This document shows, in pieces, positions 1-12,017 of a stretch of 64,000 bases of DNA. The notes beneath the pieces are model-generated. The model had not been told where the DNA came from. It did not search any database and worked only from the letters and a program-made list of their open reading frames with translations. The stretch is taken from the NCBI GenBank assembly GCA_008632985.1, contig QPGO01000007.1:62001-126000 (forward strand). Direction: 5' to 3'. Position 1 is the stretch's first letter. The number at the start of each line of letters is the position of its first letter. Made by a program: the position numbers and the translations under genes. Source of the DNA: Psammoneis japonica (lineage: Eukaryota).

Positions 1-334
1 GCGCTGAGGCACTGCCAGCATCTGTCTGCACCCCGCAAGGCTGACCACAAAAAAGCGCGGGAAGCACACATCACAATTGCGTCATCGGTGGGTGCATTTT
101 CATCCCCGGGCACGCTGCCGCCACCCGCCCGTGCATCACGGAGATGCAGTCCGGCGCATGCTGTGGGCCCCATGACAGTGCTGCAGGGCCCTGCTGTGGG
201 TCCACCTGTGGCAGGTGGGGAGGAGGGGTTCACTTTTGCTCGCGATCGACTCGCGAGGCGTTGCATCGACAATGAGATTGAGGAACATTCACGGCAACAT
301 CATCTTGGCGACAACATGCTTTCTGCTGTTGATT

Positions 335-1231
335 TTAGTTGTCAAAATGATCCACATCAAATGGTGAGTGACCCATCATGAGGGCCAACTGTGTGATGTT
401 GGCCACGGCATGAAACACATGGCAATGTGTTTCCTTCGCGTGGCGGCATCTTTTGTTGAGCATTCCGAAACGCTTGAACCATCCATTGACAGCCTCATGC
501 CTTGCCCTTGCTGTTGTTTTCGTGGCCTCGTCTGCATTTCTTAGGCCGGATGGAGTCGAGCTGCACTGGCTCCCGTTGCTGCGGCCACCGTCGGCCAGAC
601 ACATCTCGCCGTCTTCAAGCTCTTCAATGATCCATTCATGAGCAATGTTCAGATCCGGCAACCCAGCTGGGTGCGGCCCATTGACCCAAACAATCCACCC
701 TGTCTGAATGCATGTTCCAATTTCATGCCGCAGCCCAGCACCGTGGAATTTGTGGGAGAACCACATTGGATCGAATGGTGATGGCTCGTAGATTCTGAAA
801 TCAGTGCCGTCGAGTGTCACCAAACATCTGCTGCCGTTGTCATCAATGAAGCGGTCTTCCCAGTGAATCTAAGAACAAGGTGTCAGTCCATTTGTTTCAC
901 ACACATGAGCAATGTCTGGAATGGTGCGCGCCAAATTCAACTGTCCAACAAGTTGAATTCTGACCCAAACCCATTTTCTCAGCGTGTCTTCATGGATTTT
1001 ATTACAGATGCCAGCAACGACTGTCTCAGATTCATGCAATTTGAGAAAGCAAAGGGTGTGGAGCAGGTGAATGGGCAAAAAACCTTGTGGCATTTTCCCG
1101 TCGTCAATGAGAAGCCCCCACAACTCAGATGCCACTTCTTCTGGGGTGCAGAAGCATGCTGCAGGTGACCCTTTTGGCTTCTGAATGATCGTCTGTGCCA
1201 AGCACTCTGTGGCCTCTTTGGGCAGTCTCAT
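335..1231 (-). pseudogene. PIF/Harbinger DDE transposase (DDE_Tnp_4-like), 2 exons (1231-932, 868-335), degraded by TpA mutation
   Basis: Motifs LDGTDFRI.EP..F...WFSHKF.G.GLR(H)EIG, WIVWVNGP, LADGG, RARHE.VNG.FKRF. The 63-nt intron 931-869 has a CTGAC branch site, a TTAG acceptor and a GC donor, and joins LNL|IHWEDR in frame. Confidence 0.85.
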
Positions 1232-2163
1232 GATTGGCAATTGGCAGTGTGCCACAGTGTGTCACTTTAGCGTTTGTGCCAGTCTCTACCACTGGCAGCT
1301 GCTCTCTGCTCTGCAGCAGCTGGCTGCTCTAGAGAGTGGCACAGCAGTTGTTTGACATTTGACAATTGTGTTTTGTCGTCTTCACGCAGTTGGGGTTCTC
1401 ATTAGAAGAGGCCTTTGGTGAGATTCCGTCGTGTTTGAAGAAAATACGAAAAAAATGCGATTCGGGTGTGGTTTCCGAATGGTGACTTTGGGACGTTCGC
1501 AATGGGCAACTTTGGGCGTCGTTTTGTCAACCGGAACACGGTAGAATGACCATTCCAACGCGTGCTCTTAGCTCAACTAACACAGCAGTTTACATGCAAC
1601 ATGTGACACAGAATTTTAAAACCACAATCCATGGTTGGTGGTGCATTAAAAAAGCATTCTCATTCTACAAATCGAAATGAAATCGCCTTTTCACAGACGA
1701 AAAGCGCACGGAAATGTGCCAATGAAAAGCCAAAATGAACATCAGGAGCTAGTTTGCCATCAGTGCCATCGCAAACACACACCAAAGCTTGGGATTCAGC
1801 CACTCATTCTTCAGTTGAGATGGTCCAAAGTCATCGTTCTGGAGCTGAAAATCGTTTTGGGTGTGATTTGGGAACAATTTTTGTGTGGTCTTGGAATGTT
1901 TTTCGTGTGGTCTTGAGGGAATCTTCGTTGTCAAGAGGCCCTTTCTCAATGTTGGCGGTTGGTGTTTTCTCAAATCTCATTTTGGCGGTTGGAATTTATT
2001 CAAATTTGAAAAGAGTGTCACGCGGATGGTGGTGAGGTAAGTTTGTCGTGACCCATTCAAAAATGGGGTTCTCATTGCTGCCCGTCAACGCGAACGCTGA
2101 TCTTGACGACTCTCGACTGTGCACCATCAATCCTCTCACAAAAAAGAGAAAACCAAAGAAGCC

Positions 2164-3348
2164 ATGCCCAAACTCAACCAACGAACCAAATCGGTTCTTG
2201 ACACTGAGGCTGCCGGCCCCCTTCGAGCAGTGTGGCGCAAGGGGTCCGCCGACTGCAAACTCTTGAAGGAGATGCTGATGGATGGCAGGGCAAGCGCTGG
2301 AGCGACGCCAAAAGAGATCCAGCAGATGCGCGCAGAGTTCATGCGCTGTCCACTGGACAAGTTCCGCACTGGCTTGCACAGGCTCAAAGACGAAACCGGG
2401 TTCAATCTTCGTCGAACGATGAACGACAGCAATGAGAACCCTGACGGTGAGTTTTGATTTTCACTGCATTCGCACATGCACGTGAAATAAATGTGAGTGA
2501 CGTCACTGTGTTGCCGATGCGTGCATTTTCATTTGACCACACCGCGCGGTGTTCTTTTTTTTCATCTGGCCACAGACACCGACGACGGCGACGAAGAGCT
2601 GTTCTCGGGTGGCCTTGACAGCACTCGTCGGACGGCATCAGCTCCAGCTCCTGCAAACAACAACGATGCAGCTGCTGTCATGAATGGAGCTGGTGTTGCT
2701 TCTGTGATGGAGGCACGTGGTGGTGGGCAAGGAGGTTCTTGGAAAAGCTTCAAGCCCATGGTTTTGCAAGCTGCTTGCAAGGACTCTGTCACCAAGACCA
2801 ATCATGTCGTGTTGGTTGTTGTGGCTCCATCTGGTGTTTGCACCACGGACCTTTCTGGCATCCAGCTGTCTGTTGTGAGCAATGGGTGGATGCTCAGTTG
2901 CGTTTTCCAGTGGCCACAGCACTCCATGGACATGGACGCTCTTCACGCAGTTCTCCTTGATGAAGCCACTGCCCAAGGGGGAAACCACGGTGGCGATGAT
3001 GAACTCCGTGACATCTACAAGCGCCTTGAAGCTCTTTCAGATGAGCTGTCTTCAATGAGGCAGTCTGACTCTGAGGTCCTGTCTTCCACAGCCCTCGTGC
3101 CCTTGCCAATCCAGGTCTCTAGGAAAATCAACAAGGTTCATTTGTTGGGTGGTCGCGATGGGTCCAGGATCATTTGTGTGGACCTCAAGTCGGAAGATTC
3201 GACATGCTGCGCTGTGGAGAATCCAAAAGTCAAGTTGATTGATGCCACAGGCGATGGTGTTGGACTCATTGGCTGCAATTGGGAGCTGGACGCCAGCGGA
3301 CAGGATGCACATGCATTTGACACAATGCACAGATTAGGACATTTGTGA
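2164..3348 (+). pseudogene. Probable Harbinger second ORF (accessory/DNA-binding protein), 2 exons with intron 2447-2575
   Basis: Divergent from the transposase and equally TpA-depleted. A GTGAGT...CACAG intron joins ...ENPD|DTDDGDEE in frame. Two-ORF organisation is typical of PIF/Harbinger elements. Confidence 0.55.
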
Positions 3349-3499
3349 TTGTCAGCAACTGATTGGCACAACAAAACATTCTTTCAACAACAGTCTCAGC
3401 ACAGCTGCCACTGTGGCAGCAGCAGGGCCTGCTCTAGCCAGCAGAGTAGACTGCAGTTTGACTCGGCGATGAACTCGGCAGTGCGAGCACAGCAGTGCT

Positions 3500-4289
3500 C
3501 ACGTCTTTGGCTTTTTAAACAGAAGATTAAGGGAGCCCATGTAGAGCGGAAGGGAACAGCAGAGGGAGGCACAGAGGTGGCTGTAGAGACGGCAGAGAAG
3601 AAGGGTCGAAGGACGCAAGACGAAGGGCGTTTTGAGGAAGGTGTGGGTGAGGAGGGAGCAGGGAGAGAGGAAGTGAATCAGAGGATGTGCGTAGAAAGGT
3701 GAAGAACGACGTTGCAGCCAAGAGTTTGGGTGGCCCACTGGGATGGGGTGGCTGTGCGGCAGGTGCTCCCAAAGCGATCGGCAGACAGGCGATGCCATGC
3801 GAAATCAGCAGAGGGAAGGATTGCAGACGGAGACGACAAAGCACAGAGGAAGGCGGAGCAGGAGGCATCGGAGTGACGAAAGTCAGAGGAAGAGGACCAG
3901 GGTGGCTTGGGCTGAGAGCAGACGGAGGAGGATGTAGAGCCAAAGAGCAAGCGGTGAGCAAAGTGGCCGAGACCACCAAGGTGATCTACAGTGAAGGGGA
4001 GCAGGAAGATGCCATTGTTGTCAAGCGAAGAAACAACAAGGGATCCATCGGCAGAGGAAGTGGAGGGGCCAAGAAACTTCAATCTCGCGCTCGAGTGGTG
4101 TGCCTCAGTTGAGGCAGGAGAAGAGGGGGCAGGCAGACCTGGAGGAGGGCGAGAGGAAGCTTGAGGGACGGCAACGTCCACTGCAATGTAGTGATGGTGG
4201 GAGGGAGCGGAAAGGGAGGCGGGAGGGGGAATTAAAATGCCGACATCGGCGGGACGGAGGAGCGGGCGGGTGGGGAGCAGGTTGGTGGG
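3500..4289 (-). mobile_element. CRE-like non-LTR retrotransposon, 3' fragment (restriction-like endonuclease domain and 3' UTR)
   Basis: Reads LRPADVGIL...IAVDVAV...LLPFTVDHLGGLG (RLE-type RPAD and DV motifs). Joins the 11395-11741 fragment across the GTGGG TSD (VHLEP|TNLLP). Confidence 0.75.
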
Positions 4290-4565
4290 TGATGGAAATT
4301 GAAGGCAAATGGCAAGAATTCAAACAACAACTCCTTGCTGCTGTCTAAATGGCAGATGAGTCTCCGCTCAGAGACCGTTGCAGGAGCCGAAAGACGTGCA
4401 AGTCGGTACAATCGGGCTACTGTTGTCATTCTTGTGAGCCTTGTGGCTCGAAAGCAAACTACATCGCGCGCGAACGCGCGGAACTAAAGCACACAAAACT
4501 GTGCGCGGTAAACTAAACAGCGCGCGACACTTCGCGCGCATCCAAATCCTGTTCAAATCCTGTCA
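4290..4565 (-). repeat. 3' LTR of copia copy 1
   Basis: 276-bp direct repeat present four times in the window. Confidence 0.95.
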
Positions 4566-7500
4566 CTCCCCAGTTTGCTTGAGGAGCCACAGAAACAGAT
4601 TCGACTTTGGATGGAATGAAGTTCCAGAACATGAGGGGGCGGAGAAGGTCCCAGATTTGGGAGTGACCCCAATGCTTGCTGAGAATGTCAGCAGGGTTGC
4701 GGGAGCCTTCGATGAAGTGGAACTCAAGGCAACCAGAGGCAATTGCCTCACGCACACGGTGGAACGACAGTGCGGTGTGTCGCTTGTGTAACTTGGAGTG
4801 CGGGATGGTGGCACTGTCTACAACCGACTTGTTGTCACCGAACATGCAACTAATGTTGCGGATCGGGACGCCAAGGTGGCGCAGGGTGATGCGCAGGTCG
4901 ATAATCTGCTCAACACAATTCCTTGCGGCAACAAATTCAGATCCGCAGGTTGCAGTCTCCACGGTGGCTTGTTTCTTGGAGAACCAATCAGCCGGGAATT
5001 TGTTGAGGAAGTGGAGCATTCCCATGACAGAGCGTCCGGTGAGCATGCAATGGCACAAGTTTGCATCGACGCAGTGGGTGGCAGTGACGAACTTGCCAAG
5101 GGGCGGTGGAGCGTCCTTCGGGATCATCTCTTCTGCTTCACCACACACGGAGTGCATCCATTCACAGGCCGGAGCAGGGAGATCCGAACAGTCGGGCTCT
5201 TCCGTGCGAACGCGGAGAGCACCGTGTCGCATCTTGGAGAGGCACCCACAGATGCGTTTGGCACGATCCAAGTGGCCTTGACGGGGCGCAGCTCGGAAGC
5301 TAGAGAGTGACATGACAGCCGTGGCAATGTCAATTCAACCGAGGGACACTGCCCATTGGAGTGAACCAACAAGAGACTGGAACTTGTGAATGCCATCGGG
5401 TCCCAGCAGTTCGGAAGTGTCCAGTTCGGGGTGGTCACCCTTCTCCAGAGGTGACAGGGCGTTGGTGGCAGGTTTCTCCCCAAACAGTCGGGCGCAGCTG
5501 TCGACCATGCGCTCGATGTACTTGCGCGGAGACAGGCACAAGGTTCCGTCGGGGTCGCGGGAAAAGTCGCAACCCAGATGGAACTCAATGGGTCCCGTGC
5601 CCTTGAGCTTGAACTTGTGCTTTTCCGTGAGAGTGTCGACGAAAGATTGAGGGTCCTTCATGGCAATGGCGAGGTCATCCACATAAACGGCAATGTGTTC
5701 ACAGTGGTCGCCATTCCTGCGCATCCAAATGTCGGGCTCGGCGCGGCAGGGGAAGAAGCCTTCAGCTCGCAGGCAGTCGGCGAAGCGCTCGTGCCAGCGG
5801 AGACCGGAGCTGCGCAGTCCATACAGTGCCTTGTGGATGACAAGGATGTGTCCTTCGAGTTTGCCAAATTCGGGTCCAGCTACAATGTAAAGCTTCTCCT
5901 TGGTGGTGGCCTCAAGGCAGGCATTGCCAATGTCGGTGGCCCATGTCTCCAGCTCGTTGAGTTCGGCCAGGAAAATCATCAGCCGAAGGCCACGGAGGGA
6001 GACTGCTCCGGAGCAGACACTGTCGACAGGTGCGTCCGTGAGGTGCCCGTCGGCTACGAGTCGTGCCTTGTGGCGACCGTCGTGTTTCACGTCGTGCGCC
6101 AGGTGCACTCGGATCTTCTTGTGTCCCGCAGGAGGAGTGGAAGACTTGAAGGGCCCGCAGTCATGGAAGACTTCGTATTCGTCGAGTTGGTCCATCTCGA
6201 GATTAGTTGCGTCTCCCCACTTGCGGTTGCCGTTGCGTTCGTCTAGTGACATGGCGTGTTTGTAGTTCCGGGGAACTTCGTATCCGTACTTGCAGCGAGG
6301 TGCAGTGCGGAAGGAGCGAAGCTTGGCTTGGTTGGCCATGCGAAATAGCTTCTTTTGGCGCCTCGCGATAGTGCGGAACCGCTTCCAGCCATCCGTGTCG
6401 AGGAGTCCGTTCTCTCGTGCACAGATGGCACAGGTGACGGGGTCGTCCTTGGCGATGATGGCAAGAGGCTCGGACGTGATCTCCCCACTTTCCCATTCAA
6501 GCATGATGTTGTAGCTTGAGCCTTTCCAGGTTGGGTCGTGAGGCTTCAGAGGTCCTTCGTGTGACACGATGCGTCGAAATTTCCAGACAGTGGTGTCTTC
6601 GTCGTCTTGCTCAATGTGATTCATGATGTCATTGTGGGCAAGGACTTCCTCGCATTCGTCATTGTTGACAGAGCAGACGAACTTAGTGAGCTCGGGATTG
6701 CCGTTCACTTTCCATTCATGGTCTTCGACGGCCTTGACGATGCGAGCTCTGTGGCGTTGTCCGTCCTCTTGTGGCTGCATGAGGAAGGTACGTCCAATGA
6801 TGTCTTGCGGATCGAAAACTGGCATCTTGGGTGTCCTGATCTCCCCATCAGGAGAATCGACGGGGTTGTCGTCATGGCGAGATTTGATGATGGGTTCAGG
6901 TGGCTCCCCATCAGGAGGATCAAGACGCAGGTTTCGAATGGCAGGATCGGGGTTAGCGGAGCGAACGTTGGACCGGCAGAGGATCTTTTGAGTCTCGTCA
7001 GATAGGATCTTGAAGGTCATCTGGTGGCCGACGTGCTCAGCAATGCCAACGAAGCGTCCACGCAACTCACGGGATTCGGACGGCCAATCGGAGTCATCGA
7101 GGTGGAAGCACACTGGTTCCCACCAGTGAAAGCGAAGCAATGGGCTGATGTCCGGGGTGGATCCAGTGAGAGTCTCGAGGGGCGTGCACCAGTGGAGACG
7201 TGGGGACGCTGTGTGGTTGAGCATGAAGCACACGCACATGAGCGCCAGCAGCCATGTGTGGGCGGGCGAACCAAAACGGTCCATGACAGTGTTCGCCATG
7301 CGCTTCACGGTCTGGTGTCGACGCTCGGCAAAGTTTTGGTGTTGCTGGTGAGGCTCACTTTGCCAGCTGGAGATGAAGAGGGCGCGTAGGATCCCGAGCA
7401 CTTTGTTGCTGATCTCAACTTGAGCACGGTCGCTAATGAGTTTGGATGGGGCACCACGTTCACGGATCTGATCCTCGAGTGTGTTGACAAACTCTTTGTC

Positions 7501-10176
7501 CGTCTCAGTGCCGTAGACGTCAGTGACGGTAGACTCGGTGCCAACAAACAGTTGGGCGCTGGTGCAACCAGAGTCGACGGCCGGGGTGTCGGCACAAACG
7601 GTGTCAGTGGCGACAGGCTCGTTGCGGCGGTGCACATTAAGGGCGGGGTTGGGTGATTTGCAGGCCTTGCGAAGGTGTGTGCCGGCGGGCATGCGGGCGC
7701 ACTGCGTGGTGCAGTCAAAAGTACGACGGACCGCATCGGCAGGTAGGAAGCCAAAGCAAGGCCGAAGAGACTCGAAGGGGGGGTCCTTGGGCTGTACAGT
7801 GCGCTCCGGAGGTGGAACGTCATCGCCCTTGGGGTCAATCGCATGCAGATGACACTCGTAGAACACGTCGTCGTTCGGAATGAGGTGATCATCGAGGGCG
7901 GACGCGTGATTGGCAGACAAGGAAGTGGACAAGATGGTCTCGTTGACAATGACACAGTGACGGCAGTTGCCGCATTCGTCAAATGGGTTGGCAGTGGGAT
8001 CGTCCTGCAGGTCAGAGATCGCGTCGCACCACTGGTCGTCGTCAGTGACAGAGTGATCGAGGACGGAAGGGTCCCATGTGTCATCACCGGTGAGGATGAC
8101 ATGGGGCAGGGTGTCCCATTCGACGTCAGTGCAAGGGCGCATGGCAACACAAGGCAGGCCAGCCTTGATGTCAATGGGGATGACACAGCCATCAGGAGTG
8201 GCAACACGTTGCAAGCCGTTGGGCACCTTGACAGAGCGATCGTTGACATCCTGTTTGTGCCATTCGAGCTGGCCGCAGGAATGGATGGTCTTGCCCTTGC
8301 CCGTGCATGCGTGCTGATGGAGGATGGCGATGACGGGACCATGCTGGGTCTCAATGACGGCACCAGCGGTGACAATGGGGATGTCCACCAATTGATGATC
8401 GTCAATGCCCTGAACGTCGACTTGGCGAGAGGTGCGTGCAATGACGCGAACGTCGTCGCCAGCAATGCCGCCGTTGGCCCCACGGTCGACTAGAGCGCCA
8501 GTGCGTGTGGAGCGATGAGCAGAGGCAGAGCAAATGACATTGTGGTTGTCAACGCGGCGGTGAGTGCGGCCGTTAAGTTCTGTGTCATCTGCAGAAGCTG
8601 GCGGGGTAGAGGAAGCGGCGGATGGCCCCGGTCGACTGGCATTGGGGGCTTGGTTAGGAGACAACAGACGTTGCAGATCACCGGGTGGCAGTGGCTTGCG
8701 CTTGGTGAGGTGCGCCTGGATGGGATTGTCCGAAGTGGCGTCCACATGTGGAGCGGAGTCACCACAGTCAGCGGGAGTCGTGTTGGACAAGTTGACATCA
8801 CCGTCACTCCCAAGGTGTTGGTCGTGAAGGTTGGCCGTAACAGACTCATGGCAGTTGCTGGCTCGCGGGTTGCGGGGAGGCGGACGAGAATGCTCAAGGA
8901 TGATCGCCTTGGAGGAATCGGGCAACGAATCCCAGAGCCGTTGGTGGTCGGGAGGGAGACGTCTCCATTGGACACCGGTGAGGCTGGGACCGCGGGTGTG
9001 GGCAGCATTGGCTTGAAGGACGTCAACGTCGCTGTCAATGTCGTAGAACACATCGTCGGACGGGTCCTGGACGTCGTGTGCGCATGTGGCGCGTCGGGGA
9101 GCTCGAGGTGTCGTCTTGGGTTGAAACGTGCTGTCGCACTGAGCTGCCGCGGAGAGGAGCAAGCCACAGCATTGATCGCATGTGAGGCTCTTGCCACTCT
9201 GCGTACGATGCTGATCAGCTTGGTTCTTGACAGCACGGAGTTCCTCGACAGGGTGCACGGCATTCTCGAGCATGACGCGCTTCTGTCCTTCAGAGAAGTG
9301 GTCGCTGGCGGGGATGAGTGCCTCACACTTGCGCAACTGATCTTGCCAATGAAGGATGAACCCGTGGGTCGGACCTTTCCAAGTGCCATCACCAAGACGT
9401 GCGGTGGTGAGGTGCGTGAGCAGGGTGGAGGACTCGACAGATGCGCGGGTGGAGGCAAGCGCGTGCTCAGACAAGGAGCGGCAGACGGTCTGTGCGTCAG
9501 AAGACCCCACATTTTCGTGAATGAGAGCCTTGCCCTTGTCGGTGAGAAGGATGCGTTCGAAGACGGCGAACATGTGCTTTTGCTGTTCAGCAAAGAGCAG
9601 TTTGTCTTCGGGGCTGGTCGGTTTGTACGACGAGTCTAGAATGCACTCGACGTCTTGGGCACGGGCTTGTGCCACAAGTGAGGTGTGCCAAGTGTGCCAC
9701 TGCTTGTCGGATTTGAGAGCCGTGAAAGCGGTGGGATCACGCTTGATGCCTCGCTTGAAGTCTCGCACCGGGTCGCGTGCCTTGGTCGGGTTGGTGACAT
9801 GTGGAGGTGCAAGGGGTGAGCTGCCGATGGACACAGAGGACATGCAGTCCGGGCTGAGGCGGCAGGCAAGGAACTCGTCATGCGTGAACAAAGAGGAGTC
9901 GTTGGCAACGTCAAGACCTTTGTGTGCTTTGACAATGTACAGACTGGCCAGTGCTGCTAACATGTTCTTACAACCACGAGGCAAAGGGATTGCATTGGTG
10001 CCGTTGTCGCACTCAAGCGAGTCGATTTGGGACGGCATGAACGTGAACAGTTCCTGATGCGAGTCCGTGCCGTCTTGGGCCAAAGCCAAACGAAGAGGAC
10101 TCCCAGCACCTTGGGCAAGCACGGTTCCAACAACGTGCTCGAAACCATCGATTTGTTGCTGACGAGTGAGAACCAT
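4513..10176 (-). pseudogene. Copia gag-pol polyprotein, copy 1; in-frame TGA at 5335-5337 (CGA in copy 2) and many Tyr->Cys/His changes
   Basis: LVDRGANGG protease, integrase core (SDRAQ...SEPHQQHQNFAE), RT (KARLVADG, DIGNA, LYGLRSSG, YVDD), RNase H (DNKSV, NPADILSK). Confidence 0.93.
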
Positions 10177-11118
10177 GGTGGACAAAAGTGGTGTCAGGAC
10201 AATCAATTCTGGTTGGAAAGCGAAGGTGGACTCGAAACTTGGGTGACAATAGACTTGACTTGAAATGGACTTGACTTGAAATCTTGAACTGATCTTAAAA
10301 TCAGAAGTCGCCGGGCTTTGTTGCCCCGTTTGTTGTCAAGTGCTAAACTTCCCATCCGGTCCGTAGAGTTGTGCCGGCACGTCCGAACCCGCAGCTGGCG
10401 GCGCTTTGGGTTGCTTGCGAGCGGAGCAGCGGGTTGCAAACCCCTGCAGGCAAGCTGACCAGAGGTGGACAAGACCCCCGAACCGTTCTCATTTTATGTC
10501 GGTTGGATTTCCCGATCAGGCTGGCCAGTTGACGCAGGCGTTGGGCGCTGTGGACGAACGAACAAACGCGGGAAAGCACCCTCGCCCCAACGCAGGCTGT
10601 GATCATGGCTGCTTGCTCTCACAGTCATCCTCGTGGACCCAGCAGAACTGTGGAGCACCAGTGGACCGGGGTAGATCAGGTACAATGGACTCGGTGTGCT
10701 TGTAGAGTGGCAGCAAAACCGCAGTCCGAAGAGTGGGTACAGGTTCTTGGCCGTGAAGATGTGCACATATATGTGTGTGTCTTCAGCGACGAAGATCCTT
10801 GAATATGCAGGGTTCTTGACCGTTAACCGATGAACAGGTATATCAAGGGATGAGGATCAAGGATAGACTTGGATATGACCGTTGAATGTATGTCTTCAGC
10901 GATCAAAGGCAGTATAATCAATCCAGATATCCAGCGGTAAGGAGACTTGACGGTGACGTTAACTTCCTGCCGATGCCCTGGTATTGAATGCGCGTAGACT
11001 TGCCGATGTATGTAGAACATATACGGAGGTCCACGTAGAATTGAAATAGCGTCGTTGGTAAATCAACGACGACGATGGCGGTTGCTCAATGGGTTGACAA
11101 TGAGCAAGACTGTTAATC

Positions 11119-11394
11119 TGATAGAAATTGAAGGCAAATGGCAAGAATTCAAACAACAACTCCTTACTGCTGTCTAAACAGCAGATGAGTCTCCGCTCAG
11201 AGACCGTTGCAGGAGCCGAAAGACGTGCAAGTCGGTGCAATCGGGCTGCTGTTGTTGTTCTTGTGAGCCTTGTGGCTCGAAAGCAAACTACATCGCGCGC
11301 GAACGCGTGGAACTAAAGCACACAAAACTGTGCGCGGTAAACTAAACAGCGCGCGACACTTCGCGCGCATCCAAATCCTGTTCAAATCCTGTCA
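11119..11394 (-). repeat. 5' LTR of copia copy 1
   Basis: 276-bp direct repeat, TG...CA ends. Confidence 0.95.
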
Positions 11395-11741
11395 GTGGGT
11401 TCGAGATGAACGTCATCAGGGGATCGACAGAACTCTGCAAGAGGACCCAAAGTTTGGGCTAGGATGAAAACAGTGTCACGGAGACCATTGGAGAGCTTGG
11501 ACTTGTGAGCACGGTGGCAAGAAAAGGCATGATCACCACAGGCATCCAGGATGGCATGGCCACAGGGACAGGGAGTGTTGACAAGGGACGGAGGAAGGAT
11601 GGGGAGACGAAGCTTGTGAAGGGCGGCAATGACGCAGGCGTCCGAAGAAAGGCGGGAGCTTGGGAAGCGATGGGAGAAGGAATGAAGAGGGAGGCTTGCA
11701 AGCGGAGACAGCAATGAAGGGAGCGAAGATTGCACGTCGCA
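11395..11741 (-). mobile_element. CRE-like non-LTR retrotransposon, middle fragment (CCHC zinc knuckle)
   Basis: HKLRLPIL...CPCG..ILDACGDHAFSC. Reading frame is continuous with both neighbouring fragments once the copia copies are removed. Confidence 0.75.
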
Positions 11742-12017
11742 TGATGGAAATTGAAGGCAAATGGCAAGAATTCAAACAACAACTCCTCACTGCTGTCTAA
11801 ACAGCAGATGAGTCTCCGCTCAGAGACCGTTGCAGGAGCCGAAAGACGTGCAAGTCGGCACAATCGGGCTGCTGTCATTGTTCTTGTGAGCCTTGTGGCT
11901 CGAAAGCAAACTGCATCGCGCGCGAACGCGCGGAACCAAAGCACACAAAACTGTGCGCGGCAAACTAAACAGCGCGCGATGCTTCGCGCACATCCAAATC
12001 CTGTTCAAATCCTGTCA
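11742..12017 (-). repeat. 3' LTR of copia copy 2
   Basis: 276-bp direct repeat; the most TpA-eroded of the four. Confidence 0.95.

Larger units (their letters stand above)
225..3490. mobile_element. PIF/Harbinger-like DNA transposon relic (ends not resolved)
   Basis: Transposase plus a divergent ORF within a TpA-depleted block. No convincing TIR or TSD found. Confidence 0.6.
4290..11394 (-). mobile_element. Ty1/copia LTR retrotransposon (CoDi-like), copy 1, full length, TSD GTGGG
   Basis: 276-bp TG...CA LTRs at 4290-4565 and 11119-11394. Identical 5-bp flanks GTGGG at 4285-4289 and 11395-11399. Purine-rich tract next to the 3' LTR. Domain order gag-PR-IN-RT-RH. Confidence 0.97.

Noticed and set aside
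1391..1950. Imperfect inverted similarity (~1400-1428 vs ~1917-1950) as MITE or TIR ends
   Set aside because: Too degenerate, and no TSD found.
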